NCBI GenBank assembly: GCA_963772725.1
Contig: CAVYYI010000001.1
Location: 384,001-448,000 of the forward strand
Reading direction: 5' to 3'
DNA from: an uncultured Phycisphaerales bacterium
GTDB taxonomy: Bacteria > Planctomycetota > Phycisphaerae > Sedimentisphaerales > Anaerobacaceae
DNA: 64,000 nt
Shown: piece by piece, positions 46,131 to 57,692 of the stretch
How positions within the stretch are numbered: the stretch's first letter is position 1
How the letters are laid out: each line of letters opens with the position of its first letter
Notes under the pieces: generated by a model
What the model was told of the DNA's origin: nothing
What the model saw: only the letters and a program-made list of their open reading frames with translations
Database searches by the model: none
Translations under genes and position numbers: made by a program

Positions 46131-47463
46131 TATAATACTCCCCAAAAATCGGACCAGTATATAAGGTGTAAGTTGTGGTATAATTCTATCGGATTATGGA
46201 TTGAGAAAGGAAGTACGAATTATGACACAACACAGACACTTTGGCAAAGATTTCAAGGCAAAAGTTGCAATTGAAGCCATCAAGGGTGAGAAGACCCTCA
46301 ACGAGATAGCCTCTATGTATGAGGTTCATCCCAACCAGGTCAGCCAGTGGAAGAAGCTGGCTCTTGAGAAGCTGCCCGAGGCAATGGCAGACGGCAGAGG
46401 TAAGGATGTCCGTCAGAGCCAGCCAGTAGATGAGGAAAAGCTTCATCAGAAGATAGGTCAGCAGGCTATCGAGATTGACTTTTTGAAAAAAAAGTTGCGT
46501 CAATTGGGACTGCTCAACGAGTAGAAATGGTAGAACAGAACAATAGACAAATCAGTATCCGCCGGCAGTGCTGTCTGCTTGATATCAATCGCAGCAGGCT
46601 GTATTATCATGCAGGGTCTATTGATCAGGAAAATCGTAAAGTAATGGACTTTATTGACAGGGAGTTTACCGAGCATCCTTTTACAGGTATCGACAGGATG
46701 GCAGAGTTTTTATACAGGAAGCACAAGCTTATTGTCAATCACAAGCGGGTTCGCAGGCTTATGCGTAAAATGGGTTTAATGGCCTTATATCCCAGACCCC
46801 GCACAAGCTGTCCTGCTGCTGTTTATATCAAATATCCCTGCCTTTTGAATACGATAGCAATAAATGCTCACGATGCGGTCTGGTGTTCGGATATTACGTA
46901 CATTCGGATCAAAGGCGGCTTTATGTACCTTGTGGCGATAATGGATTACTACAGCAGATATGTATTAAGCTGGTCTGTATCGAACAGTCTGGAGTCTCTG
47001 TTTTGTATAGATGCACTGGATGAAGCATTGTCGAAATCCAGGCCGCTGATATTTCATTCGGATCAGGGCAAACAATACACCAGCACAAAGTTTTTGGATA
47101 CGTTGAAGGCTGGCGATATTCGAATAAGTATGAGCGGTAAGGGTCGTTGTTTCGATAACATACTGACGGAGCGATTATGGCGGACGGTCAAATATGAGGA
47201 GGTCTATTTGAAGGAATACAGCGATGGGCATGATTTGATAAAATCGCTGAGGCGGTATTTTGATTATTACAACAATGACAGGCCGCACAAAAGCTTGGAT
47301 TATAAGACACCTGCGGAAGTATATTTTAAGGAGCTGCCAGCCGATTCGCTTCGCTGCGCTTGCTTTGGAGCTGCGCTACGCGAATCGGCTGGCACAGAGA
47401 AAATCGGCACAACTTACACCAAATACAAGGACAAAATTGGTCTTGACAATGGGTAGGGGTTCA
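46131..47463 (+). mobile_element. IS3-family element (orfA 46201..46524, orfB 46527..47456)
   Basis: OrfA FKAKVAIEAIKGEKT HTH; OrfB WCSDITY..HSDQG..DNILTERLWRTVKYE DDE; imperfect 26-bp IRs ending GACCA; GTT target duplication at 46128-30 and 47464-66. Confidence 0.92.
46486..46494 (+). promoter_or_regulatory. -1 frameshift slippery site of IS3 orfA/orfB
   Basis: AAAAAAAAG near the end of orfA; the -1 frame is open into orfB. Confidence 0.8.
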
Positions 47464-47466
47464 GTT

Positions 47467-48593
47467 TATACTACTCTTGATTGAAAAATTCCGTATTTTT
47501 CAATCAAAAAGCACCTTCTGTCCGATAAACAGCGTATATGAAGGATTATAAGTTGTCAAAAGAAAAAATAGCTGAACTGGAGGCATTGCATCGTTCGTTG
47601 CGTGATAAGCGTCAGGCCGACCGGGTCAAAGCGGTCATTGCTTTAGCAAAGGGATGGTCGGCGGCTCAGGTGGCCGAGATACTTCTTTTCGATGAGAAGA
47701 CATCACGGGGCTATTTCGAGCGGTATCGGCAAGACGGTTTCCAGGCATTGCTGGATGACAACTATCCCGGCGCAGAACCGAAACTCGATGAACATCAAAT
47801 GAGCGAACTTGAGGCATATCTCGAAGATCATATTTTCCCCGATGCCAAATCGGTTATCGCTCACATTGACAAGCAGTATGTGGTCCATTACTCCGTCAGC
47901 GGAGTCACCGATTTGCTGCATCGTCTTGGATTTTCCTACAAGAAGCCGACACATGTTCCCGGTAAACAAGACCCCATCAAGCAACAGGCATTTCTCGAGG
48001 AATATGAACAGATCAAGGCAAGCAAAAGTCAAAACGACCCAATTTATTTCGCCGATGCCACCCACCCGCAGCACAACAGCATTCCTTCTTACGGCTGGAT
48101 TAAGACGGGAAAGGAAAAAGAACTCAAAGCCAACTGTGGCCGCCAGCGATTGAATATCAATGGTGCGATTAACATCGAAACACTGGAGCCAACGACAGGG
48201 TTTTATGACACGATCAATGCGAATTCGACCATTGATTTGTTCTCTAAGATCGAAGCAAAACATCCGGAGGCCAAAAGGATTTACATCATTGTTGACAATG
48301 CTCGATATTATCGTTCACGTTTGTTAAAAGAGTATACCGAGGGCACGAAAATCAAATTGATCTTTTTGCCGTCATACTCGCCGAATCTGAATCTGATTGA
48401 ACGGTACTGGAAGTTTTTTAAGAAAAAAGTGCTGAACAATCGCTACTATGAAACGTTTGGTGAATTCAAGCGAGCATGTGAGAGCTTTTTCCGGAAGAGA
48501 AAGAAATATTTGCCGGAACTGAGAGCATTACTGACAGAAAACTTTCACATTCAAGCTGCATAAAAACAGGAAAATTCAATCGTAAGCAGTATA
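47467..48593 (+). mobile_element. IS630-family element, intact (transposase 47538..48563)
   Basis: HTH..LGFSYKKP, YFADATH, IVDNARY, LPSYSPNLNLIERYW; TA at both ends with imperfect IRs TACTACTCTTGATTGA / TCAATCGTAAGCAGTA. Confidence 0.95.
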
Positions 48594-48629
48594 TATGGGA
48601 AATCCCAGATTAAGAAAGAGGCGAAATAA

Positions 48630-49682
48630 ATGAAGAATCAATTAATAAACCGCCGGAAGTTTTTGAAAAAATCCGCCCTTGCGACAGCATCCCTAACAAG
48701 GCTTTCGGTGGGTACTATGATAGGGACCTCTGCTTTGAGCATGGGGCAGGAGTTGACTGCGGCCAAACGACCCGAAGGACAAAAGAGAAAAGCGGAAATG
48801 AACGGCATGCCATACGGAACCATAGGCGACCACAAGATCAGCCGACTGATTTTGGGTTCCAACACACCCGGGGCTCATTCAAGAGACCTGATATACGTTT
48901 CATCGCTTGGAAAGGCCTACAATACTAAAGCTCGCATGCTTGATACATACGAACTAGCCGAGTCGCAAGACATCAATACTGTGCTGCAGGGTAATGCCAA
49001 TTTGATCAGAGAATACAACATTGAACGAGGCGGGAATTTACGAACCATCCAGCCTGTGGGTGTGACGAAAGACTATGACAAAGAAAAGATCAAGAATGTG
49101 CTCACCGGGGCTATGAAGAATGACATCGCATCAATGTTCTATATATGGGGTGATAGGGGCGACTATCTTGCCCGTGCCAAGAGGATGGATATTGTGGGCA
49201 CGGCTATGGATGTGGCCAAAGAACTTGGCATAACTCTGGGACTTGGCGGTCATTCTCTCCAGGTAGTGATAGAGTGCGAGAAGATAGGGGTTAAGCCTGA
49301 TTTCTACGTAAAGACGTTCCATCATGACAACTACTGGTCAGCAACCCCGAAAGAGAACCGCGAGGATTTCTGCTGGTATGACAAGAATGGCGGCAGTTCC
49401 TATAGCGGCAAGACGGGCGACCACGATCGCTTCCATGACAATATCTGGTGTCTTGACGCAGAGAAAACTATTGAGGTAATGAATAGGGTCGAAGTGCCGT
49501 GGATCGCTTTCAAAGTGCTTGCGGCAGGGGCGATCAGCCCTACCAGTGGATTCGAGTTTGCGTTCCACAACGGAGCGGATTTCGTAGCTGTTGGAATGCC
49601 TGATTTTTACATCGAACAAAACGTCCAGGTTATCAAGAGTCTGTTTGCCAGAGAAATAAAGAGAAAACGCTCTTGGGCGTAA
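48630..49682 (+). CDS. Tat-exported protein with aldo/keto-reductase-like barrel
   Basis: RRKFLK, MPYGTIG..ISRLILGSN, PWIAFKVLAAGAI, GADFVAVG. Confidence 0.65.
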   Translation: MKNQLINRRKFLKKSALATASLTRLSVGTMIGTSALSMGQELTAAKRPEGQKRKAEMNGMPYGTIGDHKISRLILGSNTPGAHSRDLIYVSSLGKAYNTKARMLDTYELAESQDINTVLQGNANLIREYNIERGGNLRTIQPVGVTKDYDKEKIKNVLTGAMKNDIASMFYIWGDRGDYLARAKRMDIVGTAMDVAKELGITLGLGGHSLQVVIECEKIGVKPDFYVKTFHHDNYWSATPKENREDFCWYDKNGGSSYSGKTGDHDRFHDNIWCLDAEKTIEVMNRVEVPWIAFKVLAAGAISPTSGFEFAFHNGADFVAVGMPDFYIEQNVQVIKSLFAREIKRKRSWA

Positions 49683-49709
49683 TTAAGAAAACCGATAAAT
49701 ATAGTAAGT

Positions 49710-51346
49710 GAGCCTGTTGCATAAATAATTGTTCTTTTAACAAGTGAATAATTCCAGCTTTTCGGTTATAATCTGGGCAATGGATTGTTGAACATTAAAG
49801 GATTATGATATGGCTTACAATTTCCTGCCTTGCGACCGAAATCAAACTTATCTGCTGCCGCCGTCATTGACTGACTGGCTGCCGGAAGATCATCTGGCGT
49901 GGTTTGTTCTCGATGCTGTCGAACAGATTGACCTATCGCAGTTCTACAAAAAATATCGCAGTGATGGCGTAGGCAACTCGGCTTTTAACCCGTCTATGAT
50001 GGTTGGTCTGCTGATCTATTCCTATTGCACCGGCGAGCGTTCCAGCAGACGAATTGAAAAGCATTGCCAGACTGATGTTGCATATAAAGTTATCACAGCA
50101 AACCAGTCGCCCGACCACAGTGCGATCAGTCGTTTCCGTAAGAATAATGAGTCTTACCTGAAAGGATTGTTTCTTGAAATCCTTCGGCTTTGTTCTGAGG
50201 CAGGGTTGGTCAAACTCGGCAATGTCTCACTGGATGGCACAAAAATCAAAGCCAATGCTTCACTGGCGGCCAATCGTAAACTAAAGCACCTTGAGCAGGA
50301 AATAGATAAGATGCTTTCTGAGGCGAAAGCGAAAGATGCTGAAGAAGACAAAGCTTTCGGTTGCGATAAACGCGGCGATGAAATGCCAGAGGATTTGCGG
50401 GACCGCAATAGTCGTATAAACCGCCTAAAAGCCTGTAAGGAGCGTTTAGAGCAGCAAAAGGCAGAAGCCCAAAAAGCTCAACAGAACAAAATAGACAAGC
50501 GTAAAGCCAAAGAAGAAAGCACCGGCAAAAAACCTCTTGGCCGTAAACCTAAATCGCCTGAAGATGCGGAAAACAAAGATGCCAAAGCTAATGTTACTGA
50601 CCCTGATAGCCGGATTATGAAAACAAGAAAGGGCTTTGTTCAGGGTCTTAATGCACAGGCAGTGACAACAGAACAGCAGATAATAATTGCCGAAGATGTT
50701 ACACAAGAAGAAAACGATAAACAGCAATTGCACCCGATGCTTGAGCAGACTGAATCGAACCGTCAGGCAGTTGGAATTAAAGAAGAAACAGGCGTAGCAT
50801 TGGCCGATGCCGGGTATTGCAGTGAAGAGAATTTCACGAAGCGACCTGCCGGAGATGTTGAATTATTGGTAGCGGTACAGAAAGATTACAAACAGCGAAA
50901 AGCTATGCAGGAATTACCGCCGCCGGAAGAACCTATACCGGATGGCTTGTCGCCAACGGAATCGATGGAGCGAAAACTTTTGACCGAGCGTGGCCGTAAG
51001 TTGTATAAGTTGCGAGGCCAGACGGTTGAGCCGGTATTTGGGCAGATTAAAGATGCTCGTGGAATTGACAAATTTATGCGACGAGGATTTGAAGCATGTC
51101 GCAGCGAGTGGTCGCTGATATGCGCTACGCATAATCTTTTGAAGCTGTGGCGGAGCTCAAAAGCCCGCTGGAATTGATACAGAAGCTGATTTGGACAGTT
51201 TTACGTAAAATTTGCTTGATTTTAAGGCAAGAACAAGATACCATATAAAAAGTTAAGAAAAAGGTGTTTGGGAAACAGAGAATTGAGCCGTCTGTCCCAG
51301 GCAGATATCGAGCGGTTGGAATCGAAAATTATTGTGCAACAGGCTC
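49710..51346 (+). mobile_element. IS1182-family element (transposase 49810..51177)
   Basis: LLPPSLTDWLPEDHLA, PDHSAISRFR, LDGTKIKANAS, TDPDSR, ADAGY, VEPVFGQIK; IRs GAGCCTGTTGCATAAATAATT / AATTATTGTGCAACAGGCTC; AAGT target duplication. Confidence 0.95.
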
Positions 51347-51378
51347 AAGTATAAATTTATGGAGTTGGCTAAATCAGA

Positions 51379-52728
51379 ATGAGCAGCTTAAAAAGTAAAA
51401 CAGAAATAAACAGACGTGATTTTTTGCGTACCACCGCTGCGGCTGGAGCGGGATTAATATTCGCACCAATGGTCTCAGCCGAAACCGAAAATACCAAAAA
51501 ATCTGATGAGATAAACGTCGCATTGCTCGGCGCCGGCGCACAGGGACAGGTTCTTATGGCAGCGGCTATTATGATTCCAAGCGTTCGTTTTAAGGCAGTC
51601 TGCGATATCTGGGAATCTTATAACTTAAAGAAGGTTTCGGGTCAGTTAAAAAGGTATGGCCACGAAAATAATGCCTATGTTGATTACCATGATATGCTCG
51701 CCAAGGAGAAGAATCTCAACGCTGTTATAATTGCAACGCCTGATTTCTGGCATGCTGAGCATACGGAGGCCTGTCTAAAGGCTGGCTTGCATGTTTACTG
51801 CGAAAAGGAAATGTCAAATACTCTCGAAGGTGCACGTCGGATGGTTCAGGCCGCCAGAGAAACGGGAAAACTGCTTCAGATAGGTCACCAGCGGCGAAGC
51901 AATCCCCGCTATATTCATTGCTGCGAAAAACTCATTAAACAAGCAGCTATTCTCGGCAGAATTACCACTATAAACGGGCAATGGAACAGGGCAGTTCAGC
52001 CGGACATGGGCTTCGTACCAAAATACGCTATTGACGAGGCAATCCTGAATAAATATGGCTTCAAATCCATGCAGCATTTTAGAAATTGGCGGTGGTATAA
52101 GGGTATGGGCGGCGGACCAATCGTTGACCTTGGTTCACATCAGATAGATATCTATAACTGGTTTCTTGGAACCAAGCCGATATCTGTTATGGCCAGCGGC
52201 GGCACTGATTACTATGACAAGAAAACACATGAATGGTATGATAATGTTATGGCCATTTATGAATACCAGACAAAAAACGGTGTTGTAAGAGCTTTCTATC
52301 AGACGCTTACCACCAACAGCAATAACGGCTACTTCGAGACATTTATGGGCGACCAGGGAACCTTGTGTATTTCAGAATCCGCAGGCAGAGGAGCTGTTTA
52401 CCGTGAAGTTACTGCTCCTGAATGGGATAAATGGGTTAAAGCGGGTTTTTTGCTTGCGCCGGCAAAGCAGGAAGAAAAACCGAAAACCGATGCCGTCATG
52501 GATGTTCGTGAAACCGCGGCTCCGTCCGCTTATGAACTGGCCGTAAAAATGGACAAGAAATATCACCACCCTCATCTGGAAAATTTCTTTAACGCCGTTA
52601 GAGGCAAAGAAAAGCTCAATTGCCCGGCCGAGGAAGCATACGAGTCGGCTGTTACCGTATTAAAAGTCAACGATGCGATAGAAGCCGCCAGGAAATTAAA
52701 CTTTAATGCTGACGAGTTCAAGGTTTGA
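51379..52728 (+). CDS. Tat-exported Gfo/Idh/MocA oxidoreductase
   Basis: RRDFL, ALLGAGAQG, IATPDFWHAEH, HVYCEKEM, QIGHQRRS, DLGSHQID. Confidence 0.92.
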   Translation: MSSLKSKTEINRRDFLRTTAAAGAGLIFAPMVSAETENTKKSDEINVALLGAGAQGQVLMAAAIMIPSVRFKAVCDIWESYNLKKVSGQLKRYGHENNAYVDYHDMLAKEKNLNAVIIATPDFWHAEHTEACLKAGLHVYCEKEMSNTLEGARRMVQAARETGKLLQIGHQRRSNPRYIHCCEKLIKQAAILGRITTINGQWNRAVQPDMGFVPKYAIDEAILNKYGFKSMQHFRNWRWYKGMGGGPIVDLGSHQIDIYNWFLGTKPISVMASGGTDYYDKKTHEWYDNVMAIYEYQTKNGVVRAFYQTLTTNSNNGYFETFMGDQGTLCISESAGRGAVYREVTAPEWDKWVKAGFLLAPAKQEEKPKTDAVMDVRETAAPSAYELAVKMDKKYHHPHLENFFNAVRGKEKLNCPAEEAYESAVTVLKVNDAIEAARKLNFNADEFKV

Positions 52729-52767
52729 TGTGCCTTGCTCATTTTAAATATTTAGATATAAAGGATT

Positions 52768-54663
52768 ATGTCTATTTTGAGAAAACTTTCAATATATATA
52801 ATTCTCGGGCTGATTAGTGTGTCTGTTGCTATTGCGCAGAACGACGCCAATTTGCTCGGTGATGTAAGCGACGGAAGTCTGGCGGTTCCCGGTCATCTGA
52901 TACCGTTGCTGATGCCGTTGCCAGATGAACAAGTCGAAAAAATTACACCTGACAGCAGTCCTGTCCTGCCGTTTTCGACAGCAAAAACCTGCGGTACCTG
53001 CCACAGTTACAATAAGATAAATAAAGGCTGGCATTTCAACGCCGTTGACCCCAATGTTCCACAAGGCAGAAATGGGCAACCCTGGATTTACGTTGACGCT
53101 TCGACAGGAACACAGATTCCGCTTTCTTACCGCAACTGGCAAGGAACTTATAAACCGGAACAAATTGGCCTGACTCCCTTACAGTTCACAAAGCTTTTTG
53201 GCAGACAAATGCCAGGCGGAGGTCCCGGCGAACTTCCGGCCGCCAATACTATGGAAATGATTAGAGAGAATGTTTCAGGCAAACTTGAGATAAACTGCCT
53301 GAGTTGTCATAACGCTTTGCCTGCACACGACCAGGCTGAATATGCCATACAGATTGCTCAGGAGAATTTCCGCTGGGCGGCGACTGCAACTTGCGGTTTT
53401 GCTTCGGTTACAGGCTCAGCTAAAAACATGCCAGACGCATATGATTTTATTATGCCTCCTATCCTGGATGACCCCAAGGTAAAACCGCCTACTGTTTTTT
53501 ATAATAAAAGCGCATTCGATAATACAAATAAGGTTAACTTTGATGTTGGTGGTGAGATACTGAACTGGAGATGTTACTTCTGTCATTCCAATAGTTATCA
53601 GCCTGAAAATGCTGTGCCGAAATGGGCTGCCGATGAAGATGTTCATATTGCCGCTGGTATGAGCTGTGTTGATTGTCATCGTGAAGACTTGTATCATAAT
53701 ACTGTTCGCGGCTACGAAACAGAATCAGAGCTTACAAAAAATTCTTTTGCCGCGACGCTTTCCTGTAAAGGCTGTCACCTCGGCAAAGATGATCCTTTAA
53801 AACCGACAGCAGGGCGGTTGGGTGCGCCTGTTCCAAAACATCTTGGCATTCCGGTTGAACATTTCGATATTCTCTCCTGTACCGCCTGTCACTGTGGTCT
53901 TTGGCCGGAAACTCAAACCGCTCAAGTCAAAACGTCGATCGGCCACGGTATTGGGCTTTACGGCAGCGATAAATCAAAAGATGTTCTGCCGCATATTATA
54001 ACCCCTGTTTTCAGCAACAAAGATACGATTGATGAGAAAATTGCGCCCCATAACCTTATCTGGCCGGCGTTTTGGGGTGTAATGAAGGATTCGGCTGTTG
54101 CTCCGCTTGCTATTGATGTCGTTAAACCTGTTGTCGCCAAAGCCCTTACCGACAAAAAGCAGCAGTACACCGGTTCATGGCAAAACTGGACGGATACCGA
54201 TGTAAAAAGCATTCTCACAGCGTTCTTGTCTGAATCGCTCTCAGGAAAACCTGTTTATATCTGCGGCGGTAAAATTTATATGCTCGATGACAAAGGCGAG
54301 GTTTTTCCCGCCGAACATCAAGCCGCTAAAGCATATATGTGGCCTGTTGCTCACGATGTAAGACCTGTGACTCGCTCGCTCGGTGTTCGTTCGTGTCAGG
54401 ATTGTCACTCAACTAAAGCCGCTTTTTCGTTCGGGAATGTAGCAGTGGATTCGCCGCTTGCCTCGAAGCAGGATACCAGGGAGATGGTCGAATTTCAGGA
54501 GATTGACCCTCTGTTCTCTAAGCTGTTTGCGATGTCGTTTGTATTTAGGCCATGGCTTAAAGTTGTGGCTCTCGCGTCGTGCGCTGTTCTGGCGGCAGTT
54601 CTGGTTTTGTACGTCTTTAAGGCGATTATCTGTGTGCTGAATGTTATATCGAAGGAAGATTGA
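52768..54663 (+). CDS. Membrane-anchored multiheme (7 CxxCH) cytochrome c
   Basis: Signal peptide; CGTCH, CLSCH, CYFCH, CVDCH, CKGCH, CTACH, CQDCH; C-terminal TM. Confidence 0.9.
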   Translation: MSILRKLSIYIILGLISVSVAIAQNDANLLGDVSDGSLAVPGHLIPLLMPLPDEQVEKITPDSSPVLPFSTAKTCGTCHSYNKINKGWHFNAVDPNVPQGRNGQPWIYVDASTGTQIPLSYRNWQGTYKPEQIGLTPLQFTKLFGRQMPGGGPGELPAANTMEMIRENVSGKLEINCLSCHNALPAHDQAEYAIQIAQENFRWAATATCGFASVTGSAKNMPDAYDFIMPPILDDPKVKPPTVFYNKSAFDNTNKVNFDVGGEILNWRCYFCHSNSYQPENAVPKWAADEDVHIAAGMSCVDCHREDLYHNTVRGYETESELTKNSFAATLSCKGCHLGKDDPLKPTAGRLGAPVPKHLGIPVEHFDILSCTACHCGLWPETQTAQVKTSIGHGIGLYGSDKSKDVLPHIITPVFSNKDTIDEKIAPHNLIWPAFWGVMKDSAVAPLAIDVVKPVVAKALTDKKQQYTGSWQNWTDTDVKSILTAFLSESLSGKPVYICGGKIYMLDDKGEVFPAEHQAAKAYMWPVAHDVRPVTRSLGVRSCQDCHSTKAAFSFGNVAVDSPLASKQDTREMVEFQEIDPLFSKLFAMSFVFRPWLKVVALASCAVLAAVLVLYVFKAIICVLNVISKED

Positions 54664-54679
54664 CTTATTCTGAGGATAT

Positions 54680-55372
54680 ATGGATAACTGGTTTCGACTA
54701 ATTTCTATTACCCTGTTTCTGGCCGTGGCCGCAGGTCTGGTATTATACAGTATGGTGTCCTTTTTTCGCAGAAAGCAAAAATGTCGTTTAATAAATATAT
54801 TGAGAGGCTGCGTTTACCTCGGAATATTGCTCCTGCCTGAACAGAGATTAAGTATTTACGGTTTTGTCAGAAAATACATTTATCTTTTGACGATGTTTTG
54901 TTTTATTGTTTTGGTTGTAACGGGATTTTATCCCGCAATTGTCTCGAATGAAGCCCTTACCGGATATTGGATAATGATTCATACAACATTCGGTGGGGTT
55001 TTTTCTGTATGTCTTGCAGCTTCGTCGTTGATGTGGGCGCAGCAAAACAGCTTTACTCAAAGCGATTGTCCATGGCTTAAAAAACTCGTTTTATTTCTGT
55101 TCAGAAAAGACGTAATGAACAATGCCGTATCATCTGGGAAATCCGCCCTGTGCACCAAAATATGTTTTTGGCTTATTATTTTGCTATCACTGCCGGTAAT
55201 TTTATCCATTATCCTGAGTATGCTTCCGCTTTTCTCTACTTATAACCTGAAATTGCTTTCCTATGTACATCATTATTCGTCTCTTGCTTTGTCGGCAGTT
55301 GCAATTATTCATACTTATCTTGTAGTTCATAGCCGCTCTGAAAAAGATAATGGCGAATATAACACGGTATAG
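54680..55372 (+). CDS. Cytochrome b-like (FdnI/HyaC-type) membrane protein
   Basis: TM helices with LVVTGF, MIH, KICFW, HHY..IIH histidines; follows the multiheme cytochrome. Confidence 0.6.
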   Translation: MDNWFRLISITLFLAVAAGLVLYSMVSFFRRKQKCRLINILRGCVYLGILLLPEQRLSIYGFVRKYIYLLTMFCFIVLVVTGFYPAIVSNEALTGYWIMIHTTFGGVFSVCLAASSLMWAQQNSFTQSDCPWLKKLVLFLFRKDVMNNAVSSGKSALCTKICFWLIILLSLPVILSIILSMLPLFSTYNLKLLSYVHHYSSLALSAVAIIHTYLVVHSRSEKDNGEYNTV

Positions 55373-55411
55373 TAAAGTAAATTTTAATAAATTTAATTTA
55401 GGAGAAATGCT

Positions 55412-56745
55412 ATGAGTAATGGAATGTTGCCGGACTATCTCAAATCCGCAAAACCAAACCCCATGGAAAAGCGAGCCCCATGGTATAAAAACACCGCGCC
55501 TTCTTATGCGGGCATCTTTCTTTCCGTGCCGTTTATGGCCGGAATGGCTGGTGCTTTGCAGTACGGCAGCCTCTGGGCCGGAATTGTCGGCTTATTTATT
55601 GGCGCATTGTTCTGCTTCCTGCTTTATTATGTCCCCGGCATGCTTGGTTTAAGAACCGGTATGCCCCTCTACGTAGTCGGCTCTTCGACTTTCGGTACGC
55701 ACGGCGGAATCCTTATGCCTGGCTTATTGATGGGCGTTTTACAAATTGGCTGGCATTCTGTTTTTACCTTTTCAGCAGCGAAGTTCTTTATGAGCGCAAT
55801 AGGCTCTAATGCAGGTCCGAACACAACTTTGTTTTGGATAGTCTGTGCCGTTTGGGGACTCGTTCTGGCTCTTGTTGGTGCGGTTGGCATAAGTTGGCTC
55901 GCTTGGCTTTCAAGCTGGCTTCCAATATTCCCATTAGTAATCATTATCATTGCCGGATTTGCTAATGCAGACGGAATTACAAATTTTTCACCAACCAAAA
56001 TTCCGGATATTTCACTTCTCGGTTTAGGTGCTTTTGCCGCACTTCAGGTTACTGCAGGTTTTTTCGCCACCGCCGGTGCTGCCGGAGCCGATTTTGCGAC
56101 TAACAGCCGTAATCAAAAAGACGTTGTTCTCGGCGGCTTTTTCGGGGTTACTGTCGCAGCTCTGGTAGCAGGTATTTTCGCTATGATGACTATTGCCGGT
56201 GCTATTGGCAAAAACCCGGAAATTGCAAAAATGGCTGGATTTGAACCTTTTATAGCATCAATTGGTGAGGTAGGCAGCCTATCTAACATTATGTTCTGGG
56301 TATTTGTAATTGCATGCATCTGCCCGACGGGTTTCTGTGCATTTCTGGCGGCAAATTCGTTTTCAACAATGTTCCCGAAACTGCCTCGTATGGGACTGAC
56401 TCTCGCGGCAGGGGCTATCGGGGTTGTTTTGGCTGCAACCGGTGTTGCCAATAATCTTGTAGGCTTCTTCCTGATTATCGGCGCTCTTTCGGGCCTATCA
56501 TTGGAGCGATGACGGCGGATTATATTCGTAATGGTAAATGGGCAGGCCCCCGCAAAGGTATTAACTGGGCAGGCTATATCTCATGGGCGATTGGCTTTGT
56601 GGTTGGAATTCTCGGTGTAATCCCCGGCATCGGTTTTTCCTACGGTCTGGAAACGCTGATGTCATTTATTGTTGGTTTTGCAGCTTATCTGGTTTTAGCA
56701 GAATTGGGGCTTGAACCGGAAACCGTCAATTTGCAATCTGCATAA
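55412..56745 (+). CDS. NCS1/cytosine-permease-like transporter; frameshift near 56490
   Basis: About 12 TMs, GLRTGMPLYVVGSSTFG, ADF, MTADY..GINWAG in the next frame. Confidence 0.75.
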
Positions 56746-56849
56746 TATATATAGTTTAGCGTTCAGCTTGACAGTTGTGATTAAATAAAGTAGGATTAAC
56801 CTGCTTATGTGGAATATTCGTGTTTAATTTTTGAGGTTAAATAAAAATA

Positions 56850-57692
56850 ATGAAAACGTATTCTTTCGCAAAAAATGGTGTTCTCGCATTACTTATAACG
56901 GTCTTTCTGTTTGTCTCATCCTGTAAAAAGGCTCCTTCTGAGCCTAATAAACCTGCTGCTCCAGTATCTCCTCCGAAGCAGCAGCCTGCCGATGCCAACA
57001 GCAAAGCTAAAGCCGCTGAACCGTCTGAATCGCAGGCTGTGTCTCCGAAAACGGAGACAACCGAGGCCGCCTCATCTGTCCCTGCCGGCTGGGTACCGTT
57101 AAAAATCAACCTGCCAAAACCAATGTTTGTTGGTACTCCTTCGAGCTTTCAGAATGTAACCAATCTCGAAAAGCCGCGCCCTGCCGGTGTGGCACGTGCT
57201 CCATTTTATGCGCCGGCAGATATTACAAATGTTGCGGTGAAAAAACCCGTTTCGAGCAGTGAGAAGGAGCCTATCATAGGTGAGCTTGATATGGTTACCG
57301 ATGGTGACAAGGAAGCCACAGACGGCAGCTATGTTGAGTTGGGGCCGGGCAAGCAGTATGTTGCAATTGACCTCGAAGAAGAATATGAAATTTATGCCGT
57401 ATGTGTATGGCATTATCACAGCCAGGCAAGAGTGTTTTTCGATGTAATCGTTCAGACCGCCGATGACCCCGACTTTATCACCAATGTTCAGACCATTTTC
57501 AATAACGATAACGATAATTCCTGCGGTCAGGGTATCGGCAAGAACATGAGCTATGTCGAAACCAACGAAGGTAAACTTATCGACGCCAAGGGAGTTAAAG
57601 GCCGCTATGTCCGTCTCTATAGTAAAGGCAACAATGCCGATGATTTTAATTACTACACGGAAGTTGAAGTTTACGCCAAACCCGCAAAATGA
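56850..57692 (+). CDS. Lipoprotein with discoidin (F5/8 type C)-like domain
   Basis: Lipobox VSSC, Pro/Ala linker, NVAVKKPVSSS..VTDGD..IDL..GRYVRLYS..EVEVY. Confidence 0.75.
   Translation: MKTYSFAKNGVLALLITVFLFVSSCKKAPSEPNKPAAPVSPPKQQPADANSKAKAAEPSESQAVSPKTETTEAASSVPAGWVPLKINLPKPMFVGTPSSFQNVTNLEKPRPAGVARAPFYAPADITNVAVKKPVSSSEKEPIIGELDMVTDGDKEATDGSYVELGPGKQYVAIDLEEEYEIYAVCVWHYHSQARVFFDVIVQTADDPDFITNVQTIFNNDNDNSCGQGIGKNMSYVETNEGKLIDAKGVKGRYVRLYSKGNNADDFNYYTEVEVYAKPAK

Noticed and set aside
47500..47530. Sigma28-like CCGATAA boxes upstream of the IS630 and ISAs1 transposases and the MerR gene
   Set aside because: Only the -10-like part matches; there is no TAAA at the 15-nt spacing, and the MerR site is better read as TTGACA-17-TACATT.
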